Of a DNA stretch of 61,162 nt, positions 1-12,119 are shown piece by piece. How positions within the stretch are numbered: the first letter of the stretch is position 1; the number at the start of each line of letters is the position of its first letter. Under the pieces are notes generated by a model that saw only the letters and a list, made by a program, of their open reading frames with translations, made no database searches and had not been told where the DNA came from. The stretch covers positions 124,001-185,162 of the forward strand of contig NW_026855855.1 of NCBI RefSeq assembly GCF_026571515.1, given 5' to 3'. The stretch comes from Ruditapes philippinarum (lineage: Eukaryota). Both the position numbers and the translations under genes were made by a program.

Positions 1-2989
1 CAACTAGTACTCTTCACCCCAGGGTGTATTATAGCTGACTTAAATATATTATGACACACTTCACCTCATAAGCCAGCTAGCATGTGCATAAACTTAATCT
101 ACAATACCAAAATCTGTAGTCAATTGCAGTGATTTTTCACCTTATATTACAAAGGTCTATTAAAGGCCTCTACCCAATTTAAATTTTCTTTAAAATCATG
201 CAAATCAGTGGACGGATGCCAGCTTTTCTACTGATGTTGCATCCCAAATTTGAAATTTTAGCGATAATCCTTCCCAAAATCAAGAATCTTAAAAGCCTCT
301 TCCAAACTAAGTGAGAAACCACTGAAGGACAAATCATTGTTTGTGGTTTACCACATGCAAATTTAATTTCTGCTGCATTTCTCAAGATCTTTTAAGTGTC
401 CTTCCTTAAGTATATACTATTGTTATGCAATTTCGATTATTCACAGTAAGTATAACAATTTCCCATGACTTATAATTATAACACTGAAGCATAGTAACAA
501 TGACATAGTAACAATGTAACATAGCAACAATGTCCGCTTATAAACATGTACATGTAGTTGGACAATTTCATAATCACAAAAGGCAGAAAGAGTGTTACAT
601 TCTTATATCATACAAAATATCTTAAATGAACATTTCCATCATTCAATCTGGACAATCAAACTTTTCACAAATTTTACTTTTTTGGAAAAACTAGCAGAAT
701 AGTGAACAGTGCATGCAGACCATGATCTGACAATACATCTTACGATATTGGCAAATTTAAGCCACACCTACAATTATCAGGGGACACAACTCTGATGATC
801 TTCGTACCATAATCAACATAACATGAACTCAAGTCCCATTTAGCTTCAAAGAGATTTCAGTGGGCGTCTGTCGTCTGTCCACATTTGTTCGTTAACACTC
901 TAGCGGTCACATTTTTGCCTCAATTGTCATCAAACTTGTCAGGATGCTTGTCGGTTTTATAATATTGCTATATAACTACTGTTACAGTTGCACAACGTCA
1001 AAATAAAAGTAATGGAAGCCAGAAGTATATAAAATCAACATTTAAAGTTTTGGAAGCCAGAGCTTCAAGTTCCCTCAAGTTTTATTGTATATTTGGCAAA
1101 ATTTTTTTTTCTAAGTTTTCCTCATCTATTACAATATCTTGATATAACGTTCTGTTTCTAATGTGTTAAAATCAATGCTTATAAAACATTACATTAAGTA
1201 GGCAAAGAACACCAGATGTCTGTCATTGATTTCATTGGCTTAACCTCTGGTAAAGTGCATTATTATAAGTTACATGCTCCACTTATATTTTCATCATGAT
1301 GACTTTACTGCAGTCTCAGTATGAGATTTTTTGCCCAAAACACACCATGGCCGTCCCACCTATAAATACCAATATGAAAACAAATCCGAGGCCACAACAG
1401 TCCCTGCGGTCCCCTCCACACTTATTTATAATTATGCATGCATAATATTACAATTATTTTTTTTAGTACATATTCATTTTACTTTTTGTTTACAAACAGT
1501 GTATTATGGTAACACAGGCACCTTGCATACATAAAATTACTTTAGGACTATTAACAAACATAATTATTCCCTTTTAACATATGATCCAACTTAGTTACTT
1601 AAGCATTATTGCAATTTTAAATAATAAAGGTTAAAGAGCATGTTTCAATGATATACTTTCTGTACAGTATTAAATCACCAGAAAAAAAAAGAAAATTTTA
1701 ATATGCATTGATTTTAGTATTTTCAAATTTACATTCTTAACTTACTGAATAAACCTAACCTACTGAATTTACCCTGCTTTGAATTTAGAACAGTTCATTT
1801 ACAGATTAAGGGATTTCATATCAAAATACCAAACTTGAGCCCGGCTCTTAATTAATGTTTTACCAGTGGCGAAGGTTTGTCACTTTCAGTTCAAGCAGGT
1901 TTGAAGGAATAAAAAGAGACACACTGAGGAAGAAGGAAGTTACGTCATACAATGTAAACTTCAAATTGCTTAATTTTGAATTTTCAATTGAGTTATATGT
2001 TACAAGTTTTGCACTTAAGCAATAAAGATTTAATTTCCACTTGTAAGACCATGCCTACTTATAACAATAAAGTATCAGTTATGATTAACTTAAATCAATG
2101 ATTATAATCATTTAATAACTTGTAATTAATTAAAAAATCACTTGCAATACAGCTTATAAGTGTGTAAAGAAAAAATAATTTTTCATATACATGTACTTAT
2201 AAAAACCATCTCTTGGAAAAAAACAACAACAAGAGCCAGTTGAACCGGGTGATGCTGCCCAAATAGGTTTTGGACACAGAAAAGTATACCTTTTGTAGTT
2301 TCAGAGTTATGTCCCGAACAAAGTTCATCAGAGTGCAATCATTCCAAACTTATGCAAGACAGAGTTACTGTTCTTTGCACTGCACTTCTATTCAATGAGA
2401 TCTATCTACCGAATTAGTTTCTTGTTGATGCCTCTTATCGTTTCAGAGCTATGTCCCGGACAAAGTTCAAAGTTAAAATGAACAATCGGCAATACCTCAA
2501 AATTTAGGCAAGTCAAAGTCATGGTTCTTTTTCACTGCACTTCTATTCAATGAGATCAATCTACCTACGATGTTTCTATGGTTTAAGAGTTATGTCCCGG
2601 ACAAAGTTAAAAGTGAAAAAATGAACAAAGGGCAATAACTCCAAAATTAGACAAAGGCAGAGTTAAAATTCTTGTGCACTGCACATGTACCCAATAAGAT
2701 CTATCTACCTACAAAGTTTCATGTTGATATCTCTTATAGTTTCAGAGCAATGTCCAGACAAAGTTCAAAGTGTAAAAATGAACAAAGGGCATAAACTCCA
2801 AAATTAGGCAAGGCAGAGTTACAGTTCTTTTGCATTGCACTCCTATGTAATGAAATTTATCTACCTACAAATTTTCATGTTGATGTCTCTTATAGATTTA
2901 TAGTTATGTCCAGGACAAACTTCAAAGAGTAACAAGAGCTGTTGGTAGGACAGCAATGCTCGACTATTCTTAGTGCTTGATAGTAAAAA

Positions 2990-5430
2990 AAAAATGCTTG
3001 ATAAAGATACCTCCTCCTATTTACAGGTTTGGGTAATGATGGTGAACATTTTTTAGTGTGCAAAGTTTCAAAGCCATATAGCAATGGACTTTGAAAATAT
3101 TTGAGGTATTACAAAAATTTTAACGTAAATTCTAAGTCGAAAAAGGGGCATAATTCTGTCAAAATGCTTGATACAGTTACCTCCTCCTGTTTACAGGTTG
3201 GGGTAATGATGGTGAACAAGTGTGCAAAGTTTCAAAGCCATATGTCAATGGACTTTGAAAATATTTGAACTATTACAAAAACTTTAACGTAAATTCTAAG
3301 TCGAAAAAGGGGCATAATTCTGTCAAAATGCTTGATACAGTTACCTCCTCCTGTTTACAGGTTGGGGTAATGATGGTGAACAAGTGTGCAAAGTTTCAAA
3401 GCCATATGTCAATGGACTTTGAAAATATTTGAACTATTACAAAAACTTTAACGTAAATTCTAAGTCGAAAAAGGGGCATAATTCTGTCAAAATGCTTGAT
3501 ACAGTTACCTCCTCCTGTTTACAGGTTGGGGTAATGATGGTGAACAAGTGTGCAAAGTTTCAAAGCCATATGTCAATGGACTTTGAAAATATTTGAACTA
3601 TTACAAAAACTTTAACGAAAATTCTAAGTCAAAAACGGGGCATAATTCTGTCAAAATGCTTGATAAAGTTACCACCTCCTGTTTACAGGTTGGGGTAATG
3701 ATGGTGAACAAGTGTGCAAAGTTTCAAAGCCATATGTCAATGGACTTTGAAAATATTTGAGGTATAAACAAAAACTTTAACGTAAATTCTAAGTCGAAAA
3801 AGGGGCATAATTCTGTCAAAATGCTTGATACAGTTACCTCCTCCTGTTTACAGGTTGGGTAATGATGGTGAACAAGTGTGCAAAATTTCAAAGCCATATA
3901 GCAATGGACTTTGAAAATATTTGAACTATTACAAAAACTTTAACGTAAATTCTAAGTCGAAAAAGGGGCATAATTCCGTCAAAATGCTTGATACAGTTAC
4001 CTCCTCCTGTTTACAGGTTGGGGTAATGATGGTGAACAAGTGTGCAAAGTTTCAAAGCCATATGTCAATGGACTTTGAAAATATTTGAACTATTACAAAA
4101 ACTTTTAACGTAAATTCTAAGTCGAAAAAGGGGCATAATTCTGTCAAAATGCTTGATACAGTTACCTCCTCCTGTTTACAGGTTGGGGTAATGATGGTGA
4201 ACAAGTGTGCAAAGTTTCAAAGCCATATGTCAATGGACTTTGAAAATATTTGAACTATTACAAAAACTTTAACGTAAATTCTAAGTCGAAAAAGGGGCAT
4301 AATTCTGTCAAAATGCTTGATACAGTTACCTCCTCCTGTTTACAGGTTGGGGTAATGATGGTGAACAAGTGTGCAAAGTTTCAAAGCCATATGTCAATGG
4401 ACTTTGAAAATATTTGAGGTATAACAAAAACTTTAACGTAAATTCTAAGTCGAAAAAGGGGCATAATTCTGTCAAAATGCTTGATACAGTTACCTCCTCC
4501 TGTTTACAGGTTGGGGTAATGATGGTGAACAAGTGTGCAAAATTTCAAAGCCATATGTCAATGGACTTTGAAAATATTTGAACTATTACAAAAACTTTAA
4601 CGTAAATTCTAAGTCGAAAAAGGGGCATAATTCTGTCAAAATGCTTGATACAGTTACCTCCTCCTGTTTACAGGTTGGGGTATTGATGGTGAACAAGTGT
4701 GCAAAGTTTCAAAGCCATATGTCAATGGACTTTGAAAATATTTGAACTATTACAAAAACTTTAACGTAAATTCTCAGACTTCCCGAAATACGTCGGTCCG
4801 ACGGACATGTCCGATAAATTTTGATCAGGTCCGACAATTTTTTATTCCGGATCGGTCCGACTGTCCGGCTTTTATCCAAGCCGCATGTATACAAAATGGC
4901 GTCGCTAAAGGTGCCAAACCTGGGAATAACCGAAAATATACGTCAGAAGAGTGCGCAGAACAGCAATAAAAGGATGGAAAGAATAGACCTGAGACAAAAT
5001 TTAATGAAAAATGGAAGCAGAACTATGAATCATTGGTGTATGACAGGGAGGAGATGAAAATGCGCTGTACGGATTATGCCGATTTTTACGGCGAAAAAAT
5101 AAAAAACAAAAAGTGTCTTAGAAATACAAACACAAGTTTTTCTTTGATTTTGATCAATTTTATTTGGTCCGACAGATTTTGTTTCGGTCCGACGGATTTT
5201 CGTGGTTTGTCAGACCGAATGTCTGACAGTTTTTTTCAACTTTCGGGAAGTCTGAATTCTAAGTCGAAAAAGGGGCATAATTCTGTCAAAATGCTTGATA
5301 CAGTTACCTCCTCCTGTTTACAGGTTGGGGTAATGATGGTGAACAAGTGTGCAAAGTTTCAAAGCCATATGTCAATGGACTTTGAAAATATTTGAACTAC
5401 ATTGTGTATGTATTACAAAAACTTTAACAT
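2990..5430. repeat. 164-bp tandem repeat (satellite-like), about 12 near-identical monomers, the last split by a MITE
   Basis: TAACG[T/A]AAATTCT anchor at 3121, 3285, 3449, 3613, 3778, 3941, 4106, 4270, 4434, 4598 and 4762 (period 163-165). Confidence 0.95.
4775..5254 (+). mobile_element. 480-bp MITE, copy 1 (hAT-like CAG termini, 6-bp TSD)
   Basis: 14-bp TIR CAGACTTCCCGAAA / TTTCGGGAAGTCTG. TSD AATTCT at 4769-4774 and 5255-5260, confirmed against uninterrupted satellite monomers. Subterminal GTCCGAC repeats. Confidence 0.9.
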
Positions 5431-7624
5431 AAGTGGTTACGCTGACGCAGACGCTCGGGTGACTACAATAGCTCTACTTATTCTTATCGAATAGTCGAGC
5501 TAAAAATGAACAAAGGGCAAAAACTCCAAAATTAGGCAAGGTAGAGTTATGGTTCTTGTGCACAATGAGATCTATCTACCTACAAAGTAGTATCTCTTAT
5601 ATTTTTAGAGTTATTTCCTGGACAAAGTTCAAAGTGTATAAAATGAACAAAGGGCAAGAACTCCAAAATTAGGCAAGGCAGAATTACGTTTCTTTTGCAC
5701 AGCACTTCTACCCAATGACATTTTTCTACCTACAAAGTTTCATGTTGATATCTCATATGGTATTAGAGTTTAATAATGTCCTAGACAAGTTCAAAGTGTA
5801 AAACTAAACAACGGGCAATAACTCCAAAATTAGGCAAGGCAGTAACATGTACGGTTCTTAAGAACTGCACATCTACTCAATGAGATCTATTTGCCTACAA
5901 AGTTTCATGTTCATACTTGTTGTGTTGAGTTATGTCACCCAGACAAGAAAAGCAGATGGACAGATGGATGGACAGACAAAGCAGGACTTTATGCTCACCC
6001 TTCAGGGAGCATATAAACACTAAAATTTAATTATCAAACATCATGTCTTGTAGGCAATTTAGATACATTTTCAATATATAATCATTTTTGACTTGTTACC
6101 TAAGTGGTAATTTAAGATACTTTTCATAGTTTCATAAATTGTAGGCAACTAAGCTAGACAAACTGAAGAATTTAGAAAATTTGAAGTTATTCACAGCTAT
6201 TCCAGGAGTACAAATTTTTAGTTACATTTATTACTTCCAAAATAAGTGCAAATGAGGTTGACTACACTATTTTTCAGTTGTAAACTGTTGTGCACCATTC
6301 AACTAAAACATCCACATTCATTCCTCCCCTCCCCCCCCCCCCCGCCAACCCTTCCCCTTCAAGCTTATTCGTCAAAATTTAGCAAATCTTCAAACTTTCA
6401 AAATTTAATATCCCGGTGGATTCATTTATAAATAGCTAGACAGTAAACAACCAGGAAGATGCTCATACATACATATATCAGTTTTCCCCATTATTTTTAT
6501 GTATACTTATAAACCTAGTTTTTGCTAGTATGTAAATAACGTGTCAAAATTCCAATAACACTAAACAGTAGCCCTGTATGAAAACTGCAAATATTACTTT
6601 ATATGTATAATAGCTAGCTTGACATAATATAAAATATCAAGATAAAATATCTTTCTATTCAGTAGTCTTTACAATTTCATAATGACTTTCAAATATTTCA
6701 ATAAGCAGTTTCATATTAACGAAATTCTTTCTTTTTCTTCCCAGTTGAGCAATTTTAAATAAGTTGCGAGTTTTTGGGTTTTTTTCCTGTATATTATAAC
6801 AGTGTGTTTCTTAGAAAAACCTTTATTTGACAACTGATATACATGTAAATGTATTTAGTGTGACCGTACCTCCCATGAAACCTTAACCTTGACTATGGTT
6901 CAAGGTCAATTGAGTCAATGTCAAGGACACTGAAGATAAAAATAGATATTCCTGTACTTTTTGCTTATGGTATGGCATATGTTTTAGTTCTGACAAAGCA
7001 AAATCAGGCAGGCAGCAAGTATTTACTGACATTTTGAATGTTTACATCTATAGAGCAGTGTGTAAAATATTCTAAATATAAATCGTAAGATTAAGTTTGA
7101 AAGAGCCAGAAATTTCATCAATAATAAATGCATTGATATTACAGTACATTTGTACGTAACAAATCAAATATAGCTTATATTGAATATGGCTTTCAATTAA
7201 AACCAACAAATCATGATGTATGTTCTATGATACCTTTCTTTAACTTCCAGGTTTTATATCTTATATCATCTTTAATCATTAATTATTTTGATGTTTGTAG
7301 AATAGCAAAGGGGAAACAATCTAGAGCCAATTGACTTTGTGTATATACCTCCGGTAACCTTCCAGCTATCCCCGCACTCTGGGGCCAATGGAGAGGTGTA
7401 TTCTTGCTCCAAAATTTGCTGGGGATAAAAGCTAAACCCACATTGCAAGGTAATAGATAGGAATCCAACCATCTGGCCTTCACCCCCTAAAAAGGGCTGT
7501 GATTTTACCTCAGCTTTGCTGGTGCTATAAAAGTTTCGACTTGCACAATTTTTTCTGAGGCTGCATTATGGTACGTAGGCCATCAGCGACTAAAAACTGA
7601 AAGTTCAATGATCATTATACTCAC

Positions 7625-10600
7625 AGGGTAAAATATCTTTATATCGGTTTTTCTTGATGTTACAAGGTCTTCTCCCTTCTTCTGCCGGGTACGTATTCTC
7701 TTCTCTCATCTTAATACCTTCATCTCGTATTACCTACAATACATAAAAATACTTCTGTAAAAAGAAATGAACCGCGTCATGACAAAACCAACATAATGGG
7801 TTTGCAACCAGCATGGATCTGTAGATCAGGATCCATGCTGTTCGCTTACCAACTCTATTACAAGAAGAGAAACTGATAGCGAACAGCATGGATCCTGATC
7901 AGACTGCGCAGATGCACAGGCTGGTCTGGATCCATACTGGTCGCAAACCCATTATGTTGGTTTTGTCATGACACGGCTCAAATATTTATTCCTTAAACCA
8001 GGTTATAATCCCCCTGATGTACCCTTGATTTTTGGCTTTAAGCTTAGATGCTTAATCAAAAGAGGAAAGAAGAAACCAGTTTTAAAGTAAACTTAAATAC
8101 ATCAGAATAAACGTTTGTTTAAGATTTTATATCTTTCTTTTTTTTGATAAGGAGAGGTGGAATTTTCGCACAATTTTTTGCTAGAATCTACAAACATTAG
8201 GACACACACTTGTCCTGCTAATTGTGGGGATGAGATCAACTATGCATCATATTTGATAATATTATTACAATAATAAGTAATCATACACTGTAAATTCTAT
8301 ATCTACAAAATGTAGGTCTAATGTGATCACCAAAAACATTATACGATAATAAGGTTATATACATGCACAATCTAATGATCAGCTGTATAGAATGGAAAAA
8401 AAGCGAAAAAAAAAACAACTGATATTTAATAAACTAATTAAAATTCCCAATCCTATAAACATTTCTTTTAGAATTCCTATTAATACCCCCTAATATGACT
8501 TAGTTGTCTAAATAACAAGAGCCACCACCAAGCACTCACTCACTGGGGCCATGCTCAACTTTTTCTTATTTCTGAAGTCAAACACATCTAAAGAAGAACA
8601 TTTTAGAGAGTACTAATACAAAACATATTTTTGCAACATTAAAATTCTAATTTCATATTTGACCTTGATAGTCAAGGTCATTCAAAGTTCAAGGACACAT
8701 TTGAAATAATCTTCATGTCAGTTTGTCATAATATGCTCTTTGTCCAATAATGAATAACAAAGTTATGACAATTTTTAAAGGCAAATTTTAATAATTTGAC
8801 CTTGAGGGTCAAGGTCAATTAAAGGTTAAATTCATATCAGATTAATTTAACATGTTGGTTTTGTCATACATGTTCTTTTGTCCAAGCAATTGAATCAAAT
8901 GTGCAAATAAAGTTTTGATAATATAGCAACTTTTGAACTTTGAAGGTCAATTTCAAATAAAGGTCAAAGTCATATTTGAATTACATGTATTCAACATTTG
9001 GGTTTTGTCCTTAGGGTTCTTTTGTCCAAGTATAAATCAAATCCATAAATAAATACAAGAGCGATCAGTGATCATCACATGTGTCGCCTCATAATGGCCA
9101 ATTTCATGTTGGGACAAGTTTTGTGACAGACGGACAGACAGACGGACAGTGCACAAATAGACTTGGTACTGATCATTCCTGTAAAGTTTGGATGAAATTG
9201 CACCAGTAGTTTATGAGGAGTAGTGGGGACAAGCTTTTGTGTATCTGGCAACACACAGAAAAAAAACACCTTTTTTATCAAAGGGCCATAACTCGGCCAA
9301 AAATCATTCAACCGGAAAACCCGTGCAATATGCGCAAGGACTTGAGCTACAGATCAATCCTGTAAAGTTTCATTGAAATTGCATTAGTGGTATAAGAGAA
9401 GTAGTCCGGACAAACTTTAAAAATAAAAATTATTAAAGGGCTATAACTCTGACAAAAATCATTGAACCGGAAAATGCTGACAATATGCACAACTAGACTT
9501 GGTACTGATCATTCCTGTAAAGTTTGGATGAAATTGCACCAGTAGTTTATGAGGAGTAGTCCGGACAAGTTTTGTGACGGACAGACGGACAGACAGACAG
9601 ACGACGGAGAAGTGATCCCTATATGTCGCCACTACTCCGTAGAGGCGACACAAAAATGACCTTACTAATAATTAACTTTATTTTGAGAATGTGACATATT
9701 AAGAGTACACCTTAGGTGTCAAGGTTAAATTAAGGTTAGGATCAATTTCAATTAAAACTTCATGAATGATGTGCAAAAGGATGCAGATAACACATTCAGT
9801 AATTACAAAGTTAAAGCCTTTTATTGCAAAAAGGTCAAGGTTATGGTTTTTTTTTTTTGGGGGGGGGGGTCTTGATCCCTAAACTCTCCTCTGGATCTGC
9901 ACATTCTGAACAATGTACATGTAAATCAAGACAGGACGCTCAAACAATTATATAATAAGGATATTTTCTTCTGAGCTTTTAGTTATAAAATACATGCATA
10001 ATCTAATTAATTCACTTCCTCACAGTCAATTAACTATATATTAGTCTATTATCAACCTTTTAGAAGTGAACTTACCTTCCATTCTCAATAGTTTACTTTT
10101 TGATAAAGCTTAAAGTAAGTATACTACTATTTATGACTTAAGTCTTTATAAGTATCAATGTGGCAGCACACAGAACATTAAAATTTCAATCAATGATATT
10201 GGCCAGTTATCAAAATAATATTCAACGTAAGTCATTAATTTATCCCCTTCATCAAATATGAGGTCCTTATAGGCAATATAAACAAACACATTAATCGTTC
10301 ATAGAAGTTTTATAGGGCATATGTTTTATTTTATTTTCAAGTTTTGATTGGACCTTGGCACATCAACATGGCAAGTATGTATAAAGTACAAATATGCTGT
10401 TTAATTTCCAGCTTTAATAACCTGAAAATGACTTCAATCGCTTCTTAGAATTATCACTGACACTCCACACCATCATTAAGTCCAAAAGTTTATAGACATT
10501 ATATGTGCTTTAAATAGTGTAGAACTTTCGTTGAGATGTTGAAATCAAGACTCCAAGAGCAATTATCAGTTCCTTAAATACCAAGAATGGTAAACATTTC

Positions 10601-11711
10601 AAAGCAATGTCATGGCTGAAGGATTAGGTCAATGCAGTGGTTTTGATTTGGCACTATATGCCATAGTAAAAAGGACTAATAATGTCAAACTCATATTGCA
10701 AGCATTTAGCGGGGATTTTGATGTTTGCCTGTCTTAATTGGGATGGAGGGGGAGGGAGACCAGAAACTGAAACCAGGCCTCAAGGTTATAAAACTCTTTT
10801 TGAGTTAGTGTCTCAAATCTCAGGATTTTCATTGGTCAGTGTACATTCTGTGACAGTTTCTGACCAGATTTTCATTGGTCAGTGTACATTCTGTGACAGT
10901 TTCTGACCAGATTTTCATTGGTCAGTGTACATTCTGTGACAGTTTCTGACCAGATTTGCATTGGTCAGTGTACATTCTGTGACAGTTTCTGACCAATCAA
11001 ATAAGTGAAATCTGAGTTTGAGCTTTGAGAATTTCTTTATAACCTCCCTCCCAGGTGTTAATGGTCAGACTTTTTTTCAGAATATAAGAAAAATTTCACA
11101 AACTCTTAAGATTTTATATTAAAAGTGCAGACATTTTTTTCCCAGGCATGCAATAGGTTAATTGATATATTTCATTACCATGTTATTTAATTATTTCTAT
11201 CAGATTGGATTCTTTATATGTATATAGATCTATCACAAAATGTTACAACTAATTTGCAGTGGCGTACATGTAGCTTCCTATAGTTTCTCTTATAGTCTGA
11301 AGCATGAACATTTTATCAAAGAAAATGAAAATAAAACTTGTCCACACTGCAAATGCTCATGATCACTTGGAAATATGTGTTGTACTGTACTAAAATATAT
11401 AGTTCAAAAGGCACCTCTTACAATCAAGAGCAATTTTTTTTGAGGGGAGGGGTGCAAGCCGTTCAAATCAACCAACTTAGAAGTCATTCTTATTATTTAA
11501 AATATATTCTGAGAAACAGAACGGGAAAGGGTACGTATATATAGGCCTATTACAATAAAATAATTATATTGAGAAGATCCCTTACCTTAAACTCCCTGGT
11601 AAACCCGTCCCCTGACGGGTCATCCTCATGTATTAGATCATCTACATGAAAAATAAATGTTTGTAAACATTTTTGAAGGCGTAGGGTACTTTCACTGTCA
11701 TCTATCTCCAT
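7625..11711 (-). CDS. PTPN12: PEST-type non-receptor protein tyrosine phosphatase (PTPN12/PTPN22/PTPN18 family), first two coding exons; the remainder lies left of the window
   Basis: Exon 1, 11711-11586 (126 nt, GTAAG donor): MEIDDSESTLRLQKCLQTFIFHVDDLIHEDDPSGDGFTREFK. Exon 2, 7733-7625 (109 nt, AG/GTGAGT): VIRDEGIKMREENTYPAEEGRRPCNIKKNRYKDILP. It contains the classical PTP motif 1 (KNRYKDILP), and the N-terminus resembles human PTPN12 (...DNFARDFM...KIYPTATGEKEENVKKNRYKDILP). Phases join correctly. No exon 3 was recognised in 1-7624. Confidence 0.85.
7769..7979. mobile_element. Palindromic MITE, Sola2-like, copy 1
   Basis: GA(A)CCGCGTCATGACAAAACCAACAT ... ATGTTGGTTTTGTCATGACACGGCTC; 4-bp TSD AAAT. 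Confidence 0.8.
8514..9830. mobile_element. Degraded Helentron/HINE-like element with TGACCTTGA..TCAAGGTCA repeats; host of a nested element
   Basis: AACAAGAGC start and repeated GACCTTG/CAAGGTCA palindromic motifs. The right boundary is approximate. Confidence 0.45.
9055..9652. mobile_element. Helentron/HINE-like element nested in the previous one
   Basis: ACAAGAGC start; subterminal IR TGTGTCGCCTC (9080-9090) / GAGGCGACACA (9642-9652); GACA/GACG microsatellite at 9576-9608; terminal hairpin; AAAA flank. Confidence 0.7.
10776..11052. mobile_element. MITE (AGGTTATAAA / TTTATAACCT TIRs) with an internal 43-bp tandem repeat x4 (10824-10995)
   Basis: Unit GATTTTCATTGGTCAGTGTACATTCTGTGACAGTTTCTGACCA starts at 10824, 10867, 10910 and 10953. 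Imperfect TIRs flank the array. Confidence 0.7.
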
Positions 11712-12119
11712 TTTGAAAGGATTAATCCAGTGTAACTTATTTCAGGAGCATGTTTAGTAAAATATTTGCTACCTGTTTTAGAAATCAGGAAGTTTTGTGT
11801 ATTTAAGTCACGTGATTCGTTTGACAAGTTTCGTTTTGGACGACTGCTTCTGTTGCTAAATATAGAATAATGTGACACCGGCATGTTTATTTTGAATATA
11901 GAATGAAGTGACACCGACATATTTCTTATCAATTTTACTACTTAGGCCTACTACAAATGTCAAGATACAAAGTTATCATTTGCTTGGAATTGAAGAAATA
12001 ATACAGTGATCATACTTTTTCAGTAACAACTTTAGTTTTACTAAAAGCAATATATAGTAGTCTTCAGTCTATTTTTTTGTAATTCTCACGAATTATTATT
12101 TGTATGATAAACCGCAATA
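11712..12119. promoter_or_regulatory. Putative bidirectional promoter shared by the PTPN12-like and FAM8A1 genes
   Basis: Divergent ATGs separated by only 408 bp. Palindromic E-box GTCACGTGAT at 11807-11816. A ~30-bp imperfect direct repeat (AATATAGAAT..GTGACACCG.CAT) at ~11859 and ~11895. Confidence 0.6.

Larger units (their letters stand above)
2931..5501 (-). mobile_element. Second Helentron/HINE-like element nested in the first, carrying a 164-bp satellite array
   Basis: Starts AACAAGAGC. Subterminal inverted repeats GCTCGACTATTC (2958-2969) and GAATAGTCGAGC (5489-5500), with an end hairpin at 5470-5501. It interrupts an outer monomer at ...CAAAGAGT|AAAAATGAACAAAGGGC without a TSD. Confidence 0.75.
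2228..6012 (-). mobile_element. Non-autonomous Helentron/HINE (pearl-like) element with ~157-bp internal tandem repeats; outer member of a nest
   Basis: Begins AACAAGAGC. Diverged ~157-bp monomers (...GAGTTATGTCCCGGACAAAGTTCAAAGTGTAAAAATGAACAAAGGGC...) at 2290-2930 and 5502-5940. GACA/GATG microsatellite at ~5953-5978, terminal hairpin ATGCTCACCCTTCAGGGAGCAT at 5991-6012, A-rich flanks and no TSD. Strand assignment is tentative. Confidence 0.7.

Noticed and set aside
4709-5395. ORFs across the 480-bp MITE (also 13126-13562)
   Set aside because: Short and overlapping, lacking transposase motifs; they lie within a non-autonomous element.
2990-5430. Regular repeat array as a CRISPR locus
   Set aside because: Whole 164-bp monomers repeat with no unique spacers; eukaryotic context and no cas genes.
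10071-10130. Strong minus-strand donor (AAG|GTAAGT) in PTPN12 intron 1 as an extra coding exon
   Set aside because: The phase-0 frame needed to join exon 2 has a TGA a few codons upstream. It could only be a non-coding alternative first exon, for which there is no support.
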